This document shows positions 28,178 to 36,725 of a stretch of 64,000 nt of DNA, piece by piece. Every line of letters begins with the position of its first letter. Position 1 is the first letter of the stretch. Under the pieces are notes generated by a model, which made no database searches, was not told the origin of the DNA, and was given only the letters and a program-made list of their open reading frames with translations. Source of the stretch: an uncultured bacterium (GTDB taxonomy: Bacteria > Elusimicrobiota > Elusimicrobia > Elusimicrobiales > Elusimicrobiaceae); contig CASFFZ010000012.1 of the NCBI GenBank assembly GCA_949294095.1, positions 79,336 through 143,335 of the forward strand, read 5' to 3'. Both the position numbers and the translations under genes were made by a program.

Positions 28178-28459
28178 CTATTTGTTCATTTGTTCAAAAG
28201 CGTCCAAACTGGCACTGTTTACCTGTGTGGGCACGCAGATATTACCCACCCTCCGCCCGTTGCACGGGGCTGGAGCCGGTTGTGCCGCCGGCGCGGATTT
28301 CTTTTGCAGGCCCATCTGAGCCGGTGCGGTTACCCCCGGCACGTTCAACACCCGGCGGGTTTGCCCGGCATATCGCTTCAGCACCAGGGACAGCAGCACC
28401 GCCATAATAATGACCGCAATCAGCAACCCCAATAACCCCATTCCTTTGTTGTTTTTCAT
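28178..28459 (-). CDS. small membrane protein with degenerate pilin-like N-terminal helix
   Basis: 93 aa with a strong SD (AAGGAG 6 nt upstream, rc of 28466-28471). The N-terminus KGMGLLGLLIAVIIMAVLLSLVLKRY aligns position-for-position with the two [25 protein letters not shown] proteins in this window. Confidence 0.55.
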   Translation of the reverse strand: MKNNKGMGLLGLLIAVIIMAVLLSLVLKRYAGQTRRVLNVPGVTAPAQMGLQKKSAPAAQPAPAPCNGRRVGNICVPTQVNSASLDAFEQMNK

Positions 28460-28610
28460 ACATTTCTCCTTCGCTTCTATTATACCACACCCGCTTGCCG
28501 CCCCCTGCGCGGGCGGGCTTAAAAATCCCCTTTTGGGCGTTATAAAATGCTAAAATAAAATGGGGGAGAAAATTCTCTTACAAACTAAAAGGGTGAGGTA
28601 TTACATAACT

Positions 28611-29486
28611 ATGACGCAAAATTTATCTTCGTCCGCCTTGGTCAAACCCTTGGCCAAAGACGTTCACGCCGAAGCGGACATTCCGTCCGGATACGGAAAA
28701 ACGGAAAGCTTTCTGCTGCCCAAGGATCCCGCTTGGCTGTTTCTGTTTTGGGAAATTACCCCAAACACGCTGGACTGCATTAAAAGCCAGTACAGTGAAG
28801 ACGTCCTGAAAAATGCCCGCACCGTCATTCGCCTGCACGACGTAACGGACGTACAATTTTTTGACGGGAACAACTCCGTTACGCACTACGATATGCCCGT
28901 CATTTTTGAAGCCCGCAGCTGGTACATCAACGCCCCGCAGGCCGGCCGCACCTATCTGGCCGATTTGGGCTACCTGACCGCGGACGGCAAATTCATTTTG
29001 GTCTCCCGCAGCAATTCCACGCTGCTGCCGCCGGGCAAAGTGTCCGACATTGTGGATGACAAATGGATGATTGTGGAAGGGGACTTCCAAAAACTTTTGA
29101 AACTGGCCGGCGCCGATTACATCGGCTTGGGCGCCAGCGAACTGATGCATGTGCTGGGCCAGCGCTGGAAACTGACGGAGCTGACTTCTTCCGGCGCGCC
29201 GAGTTCCTGGTCTTCTTTTGCCTTGCACTTGGATAAAGTGCAGCCCGAAGAAAATGAAGACATTTGGCTGCAGGCCGACTGCGAAATCATCATCTACGGT
29301 TCCGCCTCCAAAAACGCCATTGTGTCCATCAACGGGAAGGAAATTGAATTAAAAGAAGGCAAATTTTCCATCCGCCAGCACCTGCCCGCGGGCAGCGTGG
29401 TGGATCTTCCCATCAAAGCGCGCAACGCCAAAGGCGACAAAACGCGCCAGATAAACATCAAAGCCCTGCGCGAACAAGGAAACTGA
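28611..29486 (+). CDS. DUF4912-like protein (usual partner of GH57 branching enzymes)
   Basis: IPSGYGKTESFLLPKDPAWLFLFWEI matches my memory of the DUF4912 signature. The start is uncertain: 28611 has a GGTGAGG SD 12 nt upstream, and 28560 is the track start. Confidence 0.6.
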   Translation: MTQNLSSSALVKPLAKDVHAEADIPSGYGKTESFLLPKDPAWLFLFWEITPNTLDCIKSQYSEDVLKNARTVIRLHDVTDVQFFDGNNSVTHYDMPVIFEARSWYINAPQAGRTYLADLGYLTADGKFILVSRSNSTLLPPGKVSDIVDDKWMIVEGDFQKLLKLAGADYIGLGASELMHVLGQRWKLTELTSSGAPSSWSSFALHLDKVQPEENEDIWLQADCEIIIYGSASKNAIVSINGKEIELKEGKFSIRQHLPAGSVVDLPIKARNAKGDKTRQINIKALREQGN

Positions 29487-29487
29487 T

Positions 29488-31110
29488 ATGGGTGAAGAAA
29501 AAGGTTATTTAGCACTGGTGCTGCATGCGCACCTGCCGTTTATCAAACACCCGGAATACCCGGACTTTCTGGAAGAAGACTGGTTCTACGAAGCCATGGT
29601 GGAAACGTACATCCCCCTGCTTAACGTATTTGAGAACCTGACCGAAGAAGGAACCGATTTCCGGCTGACCATGTCGCTTACGCCGCCTTTGTGCAATATG
29701 ATGGAAGACCCGCTGCTGATCGGCCGCTTCCGCCATTATTTAAACCAGCGCGTAGAGCTTTCCCAAAAGGAACTCAACCGCACGCAAGGCACCGAATTTG
29801 AAGGCGTGGCGCGGATGTATTTCAACAAGTTCCGCCGCTATCAGGACTTGTTTGAAAACCGCTACCACGGGCATGTGCTGGAAGGATTTAAAAAATTCCA
29901 GGATATGGGCAAGCTGGAAATTATCACCTGCTGCGCCACCCACGGCTACCTGCCCTTAATGGTGCACAAGGAAAGCGTCAACGCCCAAATTAAAGTGGCT
30001 GCCAACGATTACAGAAGCCGCTTCGGCCGCAGCCCCAGAGGCATCTGGCTGGCCGAATGCGCCTATAATCCCGGCGACGACAAATTCCTGCGCGACGAAG
30101 GCATCCGCTTTTTCTTTACCGAATCGCACGGCCTTTTGCACGGCACGCCGCGGCCCAAATACGGGATTTATGCCCCCGTATACTGCCCGCAGACGGGCGT
30201 GGCCGCCTTTGCGCGCGATATGGAATCGGCCCAGCAAGTCTGGAGTGCCGAATCCGGCTACCCCGGCGATCCGCGCTACCGCGAATTCTACCGCGATCTG
30301 GGCTACGACTTGGATTACGATTACATTAAACCGTACCTCCATTCCGACGGCGTCCGCCGCAACATCGGCATGAAATACCATAAAATTACCGGCAAAGTAG
30401 CCCTGAACCAAAAACAGGCCTACAACCCGCACGAAGCGCGCGAAGTGGCCGCCATGCACGCCGGGAACTTTATGTTCAACCGCCAGAAGCAAATTGAATA
30501 CTTAAGCACGCTCTTAGACCGCAAACCGCTGGTGGTATCCATGTATGACGCAGAGCTTTACGGGCACTGGTGGTACGAAGGAATTGATTTTCTGGAATAC
30601 TTGTTCAAGAAAATCTATTACGACCAGAAAGACATCAAGCTCGTTACCCCCAGCGAATACCTGGAAATGTACCCCGAAAACCAAGTGGTGCAGCCGTCCA
30701 TGTCTTCTTGGGGCGACAAAGGCTACCACGACGTATGGCTCAACAGCGGCAATGACTGGATTTACCGCCACTTGATTAAAGCCTCCGAACGGATGATGGA
30801 ACTGGCCAACAAGTTCCCCCATGCCGACGGCCTCCTGCGCCGGGCGCTCAACCAACTGGCGCGGGAATTGATGCTGATGCAGTCTTCCGACTGGGCCTTC
30901 CTGATGACGACGGGAACCGCCAAGGAATACTCCACCAAACGCACCAAAGACCACGTCAAGCGTTTCAACGAGCTCTACGAGCAAATCCAGGGCAACCGTA
31001 TTGACGAAGGCTTCGTCTACGACTTGGAGCAGAAAGACTCCATTTTCCAACAAATGGATTACAACGTCTATTCCAGCGCCGCCAAAGAAGCCGTCCTCAG
31101 AAAGTATTAA
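29488..31110 (+). CDS. GH57-family 1,4-alpha-glucan branching enzyme
   Basis: 540 aa. Has the LALVLHAHLPFIKHPEY N-terminus, GIWLAECAY, and a C-terminal helical DUF1957-like region. Confidence 0.85.
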   Translation: MGEEKGYLALVLHAHLPFIKHPEYPDFLEEDWFYEAMVETYIPLLNVFENLTEEGTDFRLTMSLTPPLCNMMEDPLLIGRFRHYLNQRVELSQKELNRTQGTEFEGVARMYFNKFRRYQDLFENRYHGHVLEGFKKFQDMGKLEIITCCATHGYLPLMVHKESVNAQIKVAANDYRSRFGRSPRGIWLAECAYNPGDDKFLRDEGIRFFFTESHGLLHGTPRPKYGIYAPVYCPQTGVAAFARDMESAQQVWSAESGYPGDPRYREFYRDLGYDLDYDYIKPYLHSDGVRRNIGMKYHKITGKVALNQKQAYNPHEAREVAAMHAGNFMFNRQKQIEYLSTLLDRKPLVVSMYDAELYGHWWYEGIDFLEYLFKKIYYDQKDIKLVTPSEYLEMYPENQVVQPSMSSWGDKGYHDVWLNSGNDWIYRHLIKASERMMELANKFPHADGLLRRALNQLARELMLMQSSDWAFLMTTGTAKEYSTKRTKDHVKRFNELYEQIQGNRIDEGFVYDLEQKDSIFQQMDYNVYSSAAKEAVLRKY

Positions 31111-31123
31111 TCCGAAACGAATC

Positions 31124-31158
31124 AAAAAAATCCCCGGAGAAATCTCCGGGGATTTTTA
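31124..31158 (+). terminator. rho-independent terminator
   Basis: aaaaaaatccccggag aaat ctccggggattttt. Confidence 0.8.
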
Positions 31159-31230
31159 ATATATCCTTCGTACTAAAAGACCCACCCTCTCCTAGGCCCA
31201 AAGGCCCTGGCGCCGCCTGTTTTTTCTTTC

Positions 31231-31236
31231 TATAGT
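31231..31236 (+). promoter_or_regulatory. -10 hexamer TATAGT 6 nt before ATG 31243; predicted leaderless
   Basis: TATAGT at 31231-31236, gap atacgt, ATG at 31243, no SD. Confidence 0.4.
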
Positions 31237-31242
31237 ATACGT

Positions 31243-32508
31243 ATGAAAACAACTCCTTTTATACTGCCCGTTTGTCTGTGCTGTGTTTTCTTGTTGGCCA
31301 GCACCCCCAGCTGCGCCCAAAAAGGGAAAACGGCCAAGCAAATCGTTTCCGCCGCTACCCAAAAACAACTGTTGGCGCCGGCAGCGGAATCTACGCTGGC
31401 CCAAAAACTGACAATTCCCCCTTCTGCCGCTGCGGCCAGTGCGGCAACGGCTCTTGCCCCGGCCAAACCCCCCCGCAACGCGCCTTTTTCGGCCTTGGCG
31501 GATCAACAACTTTATATACAGCAAATTACCACCGTTATGGATTATTCCGTCCATAAAAAAGTTTTAAATTATTCTTTTGCCTTGGAACAGGAACGCGCAA
31601 ACGCCCGCCGCTTGGTATCCACCTTGCAAAGCTACCGCACCCTCAATTTAAATAACGTGCAGGAAAATGCCTTGCTGGAAAAAATGAGCGGATTTTTGGT
31701 AAATAACAGTTTGCAAAAATACCTGCTGCAATCCATGGTAGACAAAAATTACATGCAGTTTTTGCGAGATTTGTCCAATTATTACAGTTTATCGGTACAA
31801 TTTATGACCTCTTACGAACTGCGGTTTATCGCCGCCCAGGACACCCGTGAAATCTTTGCCCAAACCGCGTTGGACTATATGAAAGCCCATCCGCATAAGC
31901 TCAATTTGAAACTGCGGGAAATTATGAAATCTCCTTTTGTAGACGCCGAATTGAAAGCCTCCCTGCGCAGTTTCATTGCACTCAAGCAAATTCTGCCGCA
32001 GCACGAAAGCGCTTTTTTAGTACTGCTGCGCGAAGCTTACAAGCAACACAGCAATGGCCTGGCTTTTGCACGGGCCCAAGAAGAAGTGTCCTCTACGGTA
32101 GCCATTTACCGTTCTTCCGCCAAAGAGCTGGAATCGTTTACCAAGCGCTACAACCGCCTGCCCCGTTGGAATGCGCCTTTGCCGGAGCGGCGCCTCTACA
32201 ACAAACTGCTGTTGCTGATTATGCACAACCAAGCCAATCATTTTAAGCAAGTAGCCCCTTATATTCAACACATCAACCAGCTGTTGTCTCAATTTCCGAC
32301 CGTTCGTTTTTCGGCGCAGGAAACTTTGCTGCGGCTGCAAAAATTTATTGCGTCCAACCGCCGCCTGCCCCGCGCTTTTACCGACGCAGAAGACGGCTCC
32401 AAGATCCCGGCGGCGGAATTGGAATTATGCGAAAGCATATCCTACTGGGAAATGAAGGACAAAGCTTTCGCCAAAGAACTGCACAAACTGCAAAAAACGC
32501 TTCCCTGA
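31243..32508 (+). CDS. hypothetical exported all-alpha protein
   Basis: 421 aa. It has a hydrophobic N-terminus ending ...STPSCAQ, then an Ala/Pro-rich linker and a helical body. I recognise no family. Confidence 0.6.
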   Translation: MKTTPFILPVCLCCVFLLASTPSCAQKGKTAKQIVSAATQKQLLAPAAESTLAQKLTIPPSAAAASAATALAPAKPPRNAPFSALADQQLYIQQITTVMDYSVHKKVLNYSFALEQERANARRLVSTLQSYRTLNLNNVQENALLEKMSGFLVNNSLQKYLLQSMVDKNYMQFLRDLSNYYSLSVQFMTSYELRFIAAQDTREIFAQTALDYMKAHPHKLNLKLREIMKSPFVDAELKASLRSFIALKQILPQHESAFLVLLREAYKQHSNGLAFARAQEEVSSTVAIYRSSAKELESFTKRYNRLPRWNAPLPERRLYNKLLLLIMHNQANHFKQVAPYIQHINQLLSQFPTVRFSAQETLLRLQKFIASNRRLPRAFTDAEDGSKIPAAELELCESISYWEMKDKAFAKELHKLQKTLP

Positions 32509-32513
32509 CAACA

Positions 32514-32547
32514 AACCGCCGGGCCGTATGCAGCCGGCCCGGCGGTT
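32514..32547. terminator. GC-rich hairpin terminator between convergent genes
   Basis: aaccgccgggccg tatgcag ccggcccggcggtt. Confidence 0.65.
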
Positions 32548-32567
32548 AGGTTATATTCCGTTTTGTT

Positions 32568-33041
32568 TTATTTATATTCCAATTTAACCAATTTATATTT
32601 TTTCGGCCCTTTGGGTAAAATAGCCTCAAACGTTTCCCCTTCTTTCTTGCCCAATACCCCGTTTGCCAGCGGAGACTTAACGGACAACAGCCCTTTCTCC
32701 GGGTTGGATTCCATAGAACCCACTAAAGTATAGGTAAATTCAATACCGGCGTCCACGTCTTGGATAGTTACCGTTGCGCCGATGCGCGCTTCGCTTTTGT
32801 CCACGGTCAAATCATCCGTAATTTGGGCATTTCTTAAGCGGATTTCCAATTCCTGAATGCGAATCAGCGTTTCCGTTTGTTTTTCTTTGGCGGCGTGATA
32901 CTCGGCATTTTCCTTCAAATCGCCTTGAGCGGCGGCTTCGCCGATTTCATTGGAAAGTTCGGCCTTTAAATTTTTCAAATCTTTCAGTTCATTTACCAAC
33001 GCTTCATATTTTTTGCGGCTTACGTAAAATGGTTCTCCCAT
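32568..33041 (-). CDS. greA: transcription elongation factor GreA
   Basis: 157 aa with a coiled-coil N-terminus containing the EAAAQGDLKENAEYHAAKE motif and an FKBP-like C-terminus. Confidence 0.95.
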   Translation of the reverse strand: MGEPFYVSRKKYEALVNELKDLKNLKAELSNEIGEAAAQGDLKENAEYHAAKEKQTETLIRIQELEIRLRNAQITDDLTVDKSEARIGATVTIQDVDAGIEFTYTLVGSMESNPEKGLLSVKSPLANGVLGKKEGETFEAILPKGPKKYKLVKLEYK

Positions 33042-33124
33042 AATGGCAACTCCTTAAATACCTACACCATAAGTGTACTATTTATCCACCGCTATTTCAA
33101 CGGCTCCCCTAAAAAACAATTTAT

Positions 33125-33133
33125 TGCTATAAT
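33125..33133 (+). promoter_or_regulatory. extended -10 (TGcTATAAT) 6 nt before ATG 33140; predicted leaderless
   Basis: TG at 33125-33126, TATAAT at 33128-33133, gap caaaat, ATG at 33140. Confidence 0.45.
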
Positions 33134-33139
33134 CAAAAT

Positions 33140-33898
33140 ATGAGAATTTTAGGAGTTTTCCTGCTGCTTGCGGTGGGATGGTGTCTGCCCGCCGCGGCCC
33201 AGCACGATCACGTAATCATAGCCCAGCAGAACGCCGCGGCCGTGGTGGCGGTAAATGTAGTAAAAAATGACGGCTCTACCTTCACGGGAACCGGTTTTGT
33301 GCTCACGCCCGACGGCCTGTTGGCTACCAGCCGCCACGTGTCGGAAAATGCGTTGTACATCAACATTACGTTTAACAACGGCGCCGTATCGGGGGAAGCC
33401 ACCCCGGTAGCGGCAGCCGGAAACGTGGATTTGGCCCTGCTTAAAATACAAGCCCGGGATCTCCCCCACGTTACGCTGGGCGATTCGGATACGGTTCGCC
33501 CCGGCCAAACCATTACCGTCATCGGCAACCCCCGCCGTTTGCAAAATACGGTTTCTTCCGGATTAATCAGCCAAGTCCGCAAGAAAGCGGACGGAGTCAT
33601 TTGGCATCAAATCAGCGCGCCTATTTCCCCCAGCTCCAGCGGCAGCCCCGTATTTAATGACAAGGGAGAAGTGATTTCCGTTGCGTTTGCCAGTTATAAA
33701 GGCGAAGGCAACCAAAATTTAAATTTTTCCGTCCCGTCTAATTATTTAGCCGAATTGGCCGCCGCGGCCGGTTATGTGCTGCCGCGCGCGTCCGTCGGCG
33801 GCCCGCAGCCCGCTGCGGCCGAAACGGCCAATCCTTTTATCGCCCATGTGCAAAAATCATGGCAAATCCTCAAACGGCTGCTGCAAAAAATCATATAA
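33140..33898 (+). CDS. exported trypsin-like serine protease (S1C-like, no PDZ)
   Basis: Signal peptide. Catalytic His (LATSRHV), Asp (DLALLKI) and Ser (SSSGSPVFN) occur in the correct order. Confidence 0.8.
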   Translation: MRILGVFLLLAVGWCLPAAAQHDHVIIAQQNAAAVVAVNVVKNDGSTFTGTGFVLTPDGLLATSRHVSENALYINITFNNGAVSGEATPVAAAGNVDLALLKIQARDLPHVTLGDSDTVRPGQTITVIGNPRRLQNTVSSGLISQVRKKADGVIWHQISAPISPSSSGSPVFNDKGEVISVAFASYKGEGNQNLNFSVPSNYLAELAAAAGYVLPRASVGGPQPAAAETANPFIAHVQKSWQILKRLLQKII

Positions 33899-34020
33899 TC
33901 CGGGGCATAAATCCTCTTGAAAATTATGTATTAAACGGGTAGACTATTCCTATAATCCGGTTACAGGCGCGGCAAGCGCGGCCAGGGCCAGGAGATTTTT
34001 ATTATTGTAAGGGAGTCGTT

Positions 34021-35952
34021 ATGAAAAAAACCATCGGCAAATGGATCTTAATTGTTGTCTGTGTAGCCGTTATTATCTTTTTACTGCTGCCGTTTTTGGA
34101 AACCACTTCTCCTCAGCCCAACACGGCGGCGGCCCCCAAAGCCACCCCGCAGATTTTTACTTCCAATCCGCTGACGGAACTCGTCAACCGGATTGCCCGT
34201 TTTTTCGGAAAACGCCAGCCGCAAGCCCCTGCCGCCGCCCCTACCCTGACCGCCCAGCAAGCCAACGAACAATTCGGCGTGCCGCAGCAGCCCGCGCAGG
34301 CCTATGCAGACGCCCGCGCCGCCCAGAATTATATTTCCACCGAGCAAACCCCTTCTGCTACTCCGCAGCGCAAAAACAGCTTTGAAAACGCCGCCTTTCA
34401 AGATGAAGAAGGCGAATGGATGCTCATCCGGCAAAAAGCGCCCGAGCTGGGCACCTTGGGCATGCATGAAATTAATTCTAAAGACAACGCCTATGATACC
34501 TACGTCAAACAGGAGCGCGTCGCCCGCTTCACGCCGGTGGCGCAAGTCAAACAGAAAAAAGAAGTGCCGGATTCCAAATTTGCCCGTTTCTTTAACCCGA
34601 TTAAACGTTTCTTCGGCTTTGGAAGCGTAGAAGAAAATCTGCCTGACACAACCCGTTGGCAAGAACAGGAAGCCGCGCTACTGGCCTCGTCCGACGGCGT
34701 AGGCCGCTCCCGCAACACCACGGGCAGCCGTTTCGCCCGCGGCGGAAACGTCAATATGGAGGGAATCCGCGGGGATTTACCGGCAGATGACTCAGCAAAC
34801 GGCGCGCAAAAGCCGTTGTTGTCGTATTTGGATCCCGAACAAACGGTAGAGGATGTTTCTTCTTTCTTGGCCGATTCCAGATATCCAAATCCAACAACGA
34901 ATGCAGAAAGACAGGAAAAAGAAAAATACCGCCAGCAACGCCGGGAACAAGCCCTCAATTATTTCAACGAGCGCGTGGAGGAACGCCTCAACCGGTTGGC
35001 AGCCGGGCAAGAGCCGCAGGACGAGCTTAAAAACATGTTAGAGCTGGCCTGCTCCAACTCGAAGATGCGCCCCGTAAAACAAAGCGTTTGCGGCTATCCC
35101 GCCCCGGCGCCCGCCACCCAAGATGAAATTCAGGCCGCCAAAGAGGAAAACCAAGCCTTATTTCTTCAAAAAATCAACACGCAAATGCCGCCTACAGCGG
35201 TAATGCCCATTATCGGCAAAGCCACGGAAATACCGCCGGTGCTGCTTTCGGACCAGACGTCGGAAAGTTATCTTCGCACGATGGAAATTTATAATTTTAT
35301 GTTCAACAACAGCGACTGCGCCAGCCGCCCCTGCTATTGGGTAGCCAACGGCATACAAACCAATACAGAACTGGAGGACGCCACCTCCGCCGCCGCAAAC
35401 GCCACGCTGAAAGGCGACCCATTGGACAAATACAGCACCATCCAGCAACAGTTTATTGAATACAAACAGGCCCAGAGCCAAGGCCAGCCGCAAGATCTGC
35501 AAACGCTTCAACAACAAACCGAAGACTTTGCGCCCGCTTATATTTTGTATACGGTAGACGAGCTGAAACAATTGCAGGCCCGCAACAAACAGGCGATGCT
35601 TAAGCAAGACCACAGCGCAGGCATTGCTATGTATGCCTTATCGGCCCCCATTGCCAAGCAATTAACCCAAGACTTGCAAAGCCCCACCTTCTTCTATGGC
35701 AGAAACGATGCGTTCATTGATGCCGACACCTACCCCACCTTTCAAGAACGCTCTACGGTCTTAACCAACGATCTGGCCGATCAAATTCAGTTCTTCAGGC
35801 AAGTTGCGCAAGAGCTGCGCCGCAACGCGGCCCGCGAAGTGGTGGAAGAAAACACCAAAGCTCGGGCTAAAGAAATCTTTAACCGGGCGAAAGAAGACCG
35901 AAAAGCCTTTGACAAAAGCAACGACTTGGGTCAAGCCGAAAGAGGCCAGTAA
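34021..35952 (+). CDS. hypothetical N-terminally membrane-anchored Gln/Ala-rich protein
   Basis: 643 aa with SD AAGGGAG and one N-terminal TM (WILIVVCVAVIIFLLLPFL). I recognise no domain. Confidence 0.6.
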   Translation: MKKTIGKWILIVVCVAVIIFLLLPFLETTSPQPNTAAAPKATPQIFTSNPLTELVNRIARFFGKRQPQAPAAAPTLTAQQANEQFGVPQQPAQAYADARAAQNYISTEQTPSATPQRKNSFENAAFQDEEGEWMLIRQKAPELGTLGMHEINSKDNAYDTYVKQERVARFTPVAQVKQKKEVPDSKFARFFNPIKRFFGFGSVEENLPDTTRWQEQEAALLASSDGVGRSRNTTGSRFARGGNVNMEGIRGDLPADDSANGAQKPLLSYLDPEQTVEDVSSFLADSRYPNPTTNAERQEKEKYRQQRREQALNYFNERVEERLNRLAAGQEPQDELKNMLELACSNSKMRPVKQSVCGYPAPAPATQDEIQAAKEENQALFLQKINTQMPPTAVMPIIGKATEIPPVLLSDQTSESYLRTMEIYNFMFNNSDCASRPCYWVANGIQTNTELEDATSAAANATLKGDPLDKYSTIQQQFIEYKQAQSQGQPQDLQTLQQQTEDFAPAYILYTVDELKQLQARNKQAMLKQDHSAGIAMYALSAPIAKQLTQDLQSPTFFYGRNDAFIDADTYPTFQERSTVLTNDLADQIQFFRQVAQELRRNAAREVVEENTKARAKEIFNRAKEDRKAFDKSNDLGQAERGQ

Positions 35953-35966
35953 CCCGCTGTTTTTCC

Positions 35967-36003
35967 AAAAACGCCTTCGCCCTTTGCGGCGAAGGCGTTT
36001 TTG
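35967..36003 (+). terminator. rho-independent terminator
   Basis: acgccttcgcc (35971-35981) pairs with ggcgaaggcgt (35988-35998), followed by TTTTT. Confidence 0.8.
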
Positions 36004-36077
36004 TTTGGCGTTTTTCAAAATGCTTGACGCTCCCGCCACTGCGGGGATTTAGTGTTTCTTTTCCGGCCAAAAACGGG

Positions 36078-36083
36078 TATAAT
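36078..36083 (+). promoter_or_regulatory. -10 TATAAT of the six-gene envelope operon
   Basis: This is the only consensus hexamer between the terminator at 36003 and the SD (AAGGAG, 36131-36136). Confidence 0.45.
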
Positions 36084-36102
36084 CTATAGTGGTTCTACGC
36101 GC

Positions 36103-36118
36103 GCCCGTACGTACGGGC
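36103..36118. repeat. perfect 16-nt palindrome GCCCGTACGTACGGGC in the operon leader
   Basis: Read directly from the sequence; about 13-20 nt downstream of the predicted TSS. Confidence 0.7.
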
Positions 36119-36145
36119 TATTTCAAAACTAAGGAGTCCGGCTTT

Positions 36146-36703
36146 ATGAAAAAGATGCTCGGCCTTTTGCTTATTTCTTCATTTATGTTGCTCATGGGAT
36201 GCCAGACGCAAAAAGAAGAATCCCCTTACAACCGCACCAACCCCAAACAAGACTACGAACGCCTGCTGCGCACCCATGTTTTTGCGGCCTGCCAAAACCC
36301 GGGGAAGCCTTATGCGCTTTACTCGCTGGCCACCCTCAACAAACGCCCCTCGGATAACGACCCGCGCTATAAAGTAACTTTTTTTAACGGCCCCTGCGAA
36401 GGAGAAACCGTTTGGACGACCGATGTTTTATTAAAAACGGCCGCGGTAGGCGCCGAACCCCTGCCCAAGGGAACTATTCTGTTGCGCAATTTCTGGAACC
36501 CCAAAGATCCGTACGATGCCGAAAAAGCCGACCGCTGGCATATTGGCGTCGTCAGCAGTTCGCAGCGGCTGGACAAAGGCATCGTGGATATGGAATTCCC
36601 GCGCGACCGCAACGACTTTATGCCCGCACGCGAAGGCGTTTACCTGCACAACGTGCGCTATATTACAAAGCCGGAAGTAAAAGACGTACGCACCTTCCTG
36701 TAA
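36146..36703 (+). CDS. hypothetical lipoprotein
   Basis: Start MKKMLGLLLISSFMLLMGCQ (lipobox LMGC) with AAGGAG 9 nt upstream. The track's GTG start at 36089 is rejected. Confidence 0.65.
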   Translation: MKKMLGLLLISSFMLLMGCQTQKEESPYNRTNPKQDYERLLRTHVFAACQNPGKPYALYSLATLNKRPSDNDPRYKVTFFNGPCEGETVWTTDVLLKTAAVGAEPLPKGTILLRNFWNPKDPYDAEKADRWHIGVVSSSQRLDKGIVDMEFPRDRNDFMPAREGVYLHNVRYITKPEVKDVRTFL

Positions 36704-36725
36704 GTTATAAGAAAAGAGGACTTTT

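Noticed and set aside
36089-36145. GTG start at 36089 for the lipoprotein gene (5 nt after TATAAT)
   Set aside because: The extension (MVLRAPVRTGYFKTKESGF) precedes a perfect AAGGAG-ATG start with a lipoprotein signal, and it spans the 16-nt palindrome. It is more likely 5' UTR.
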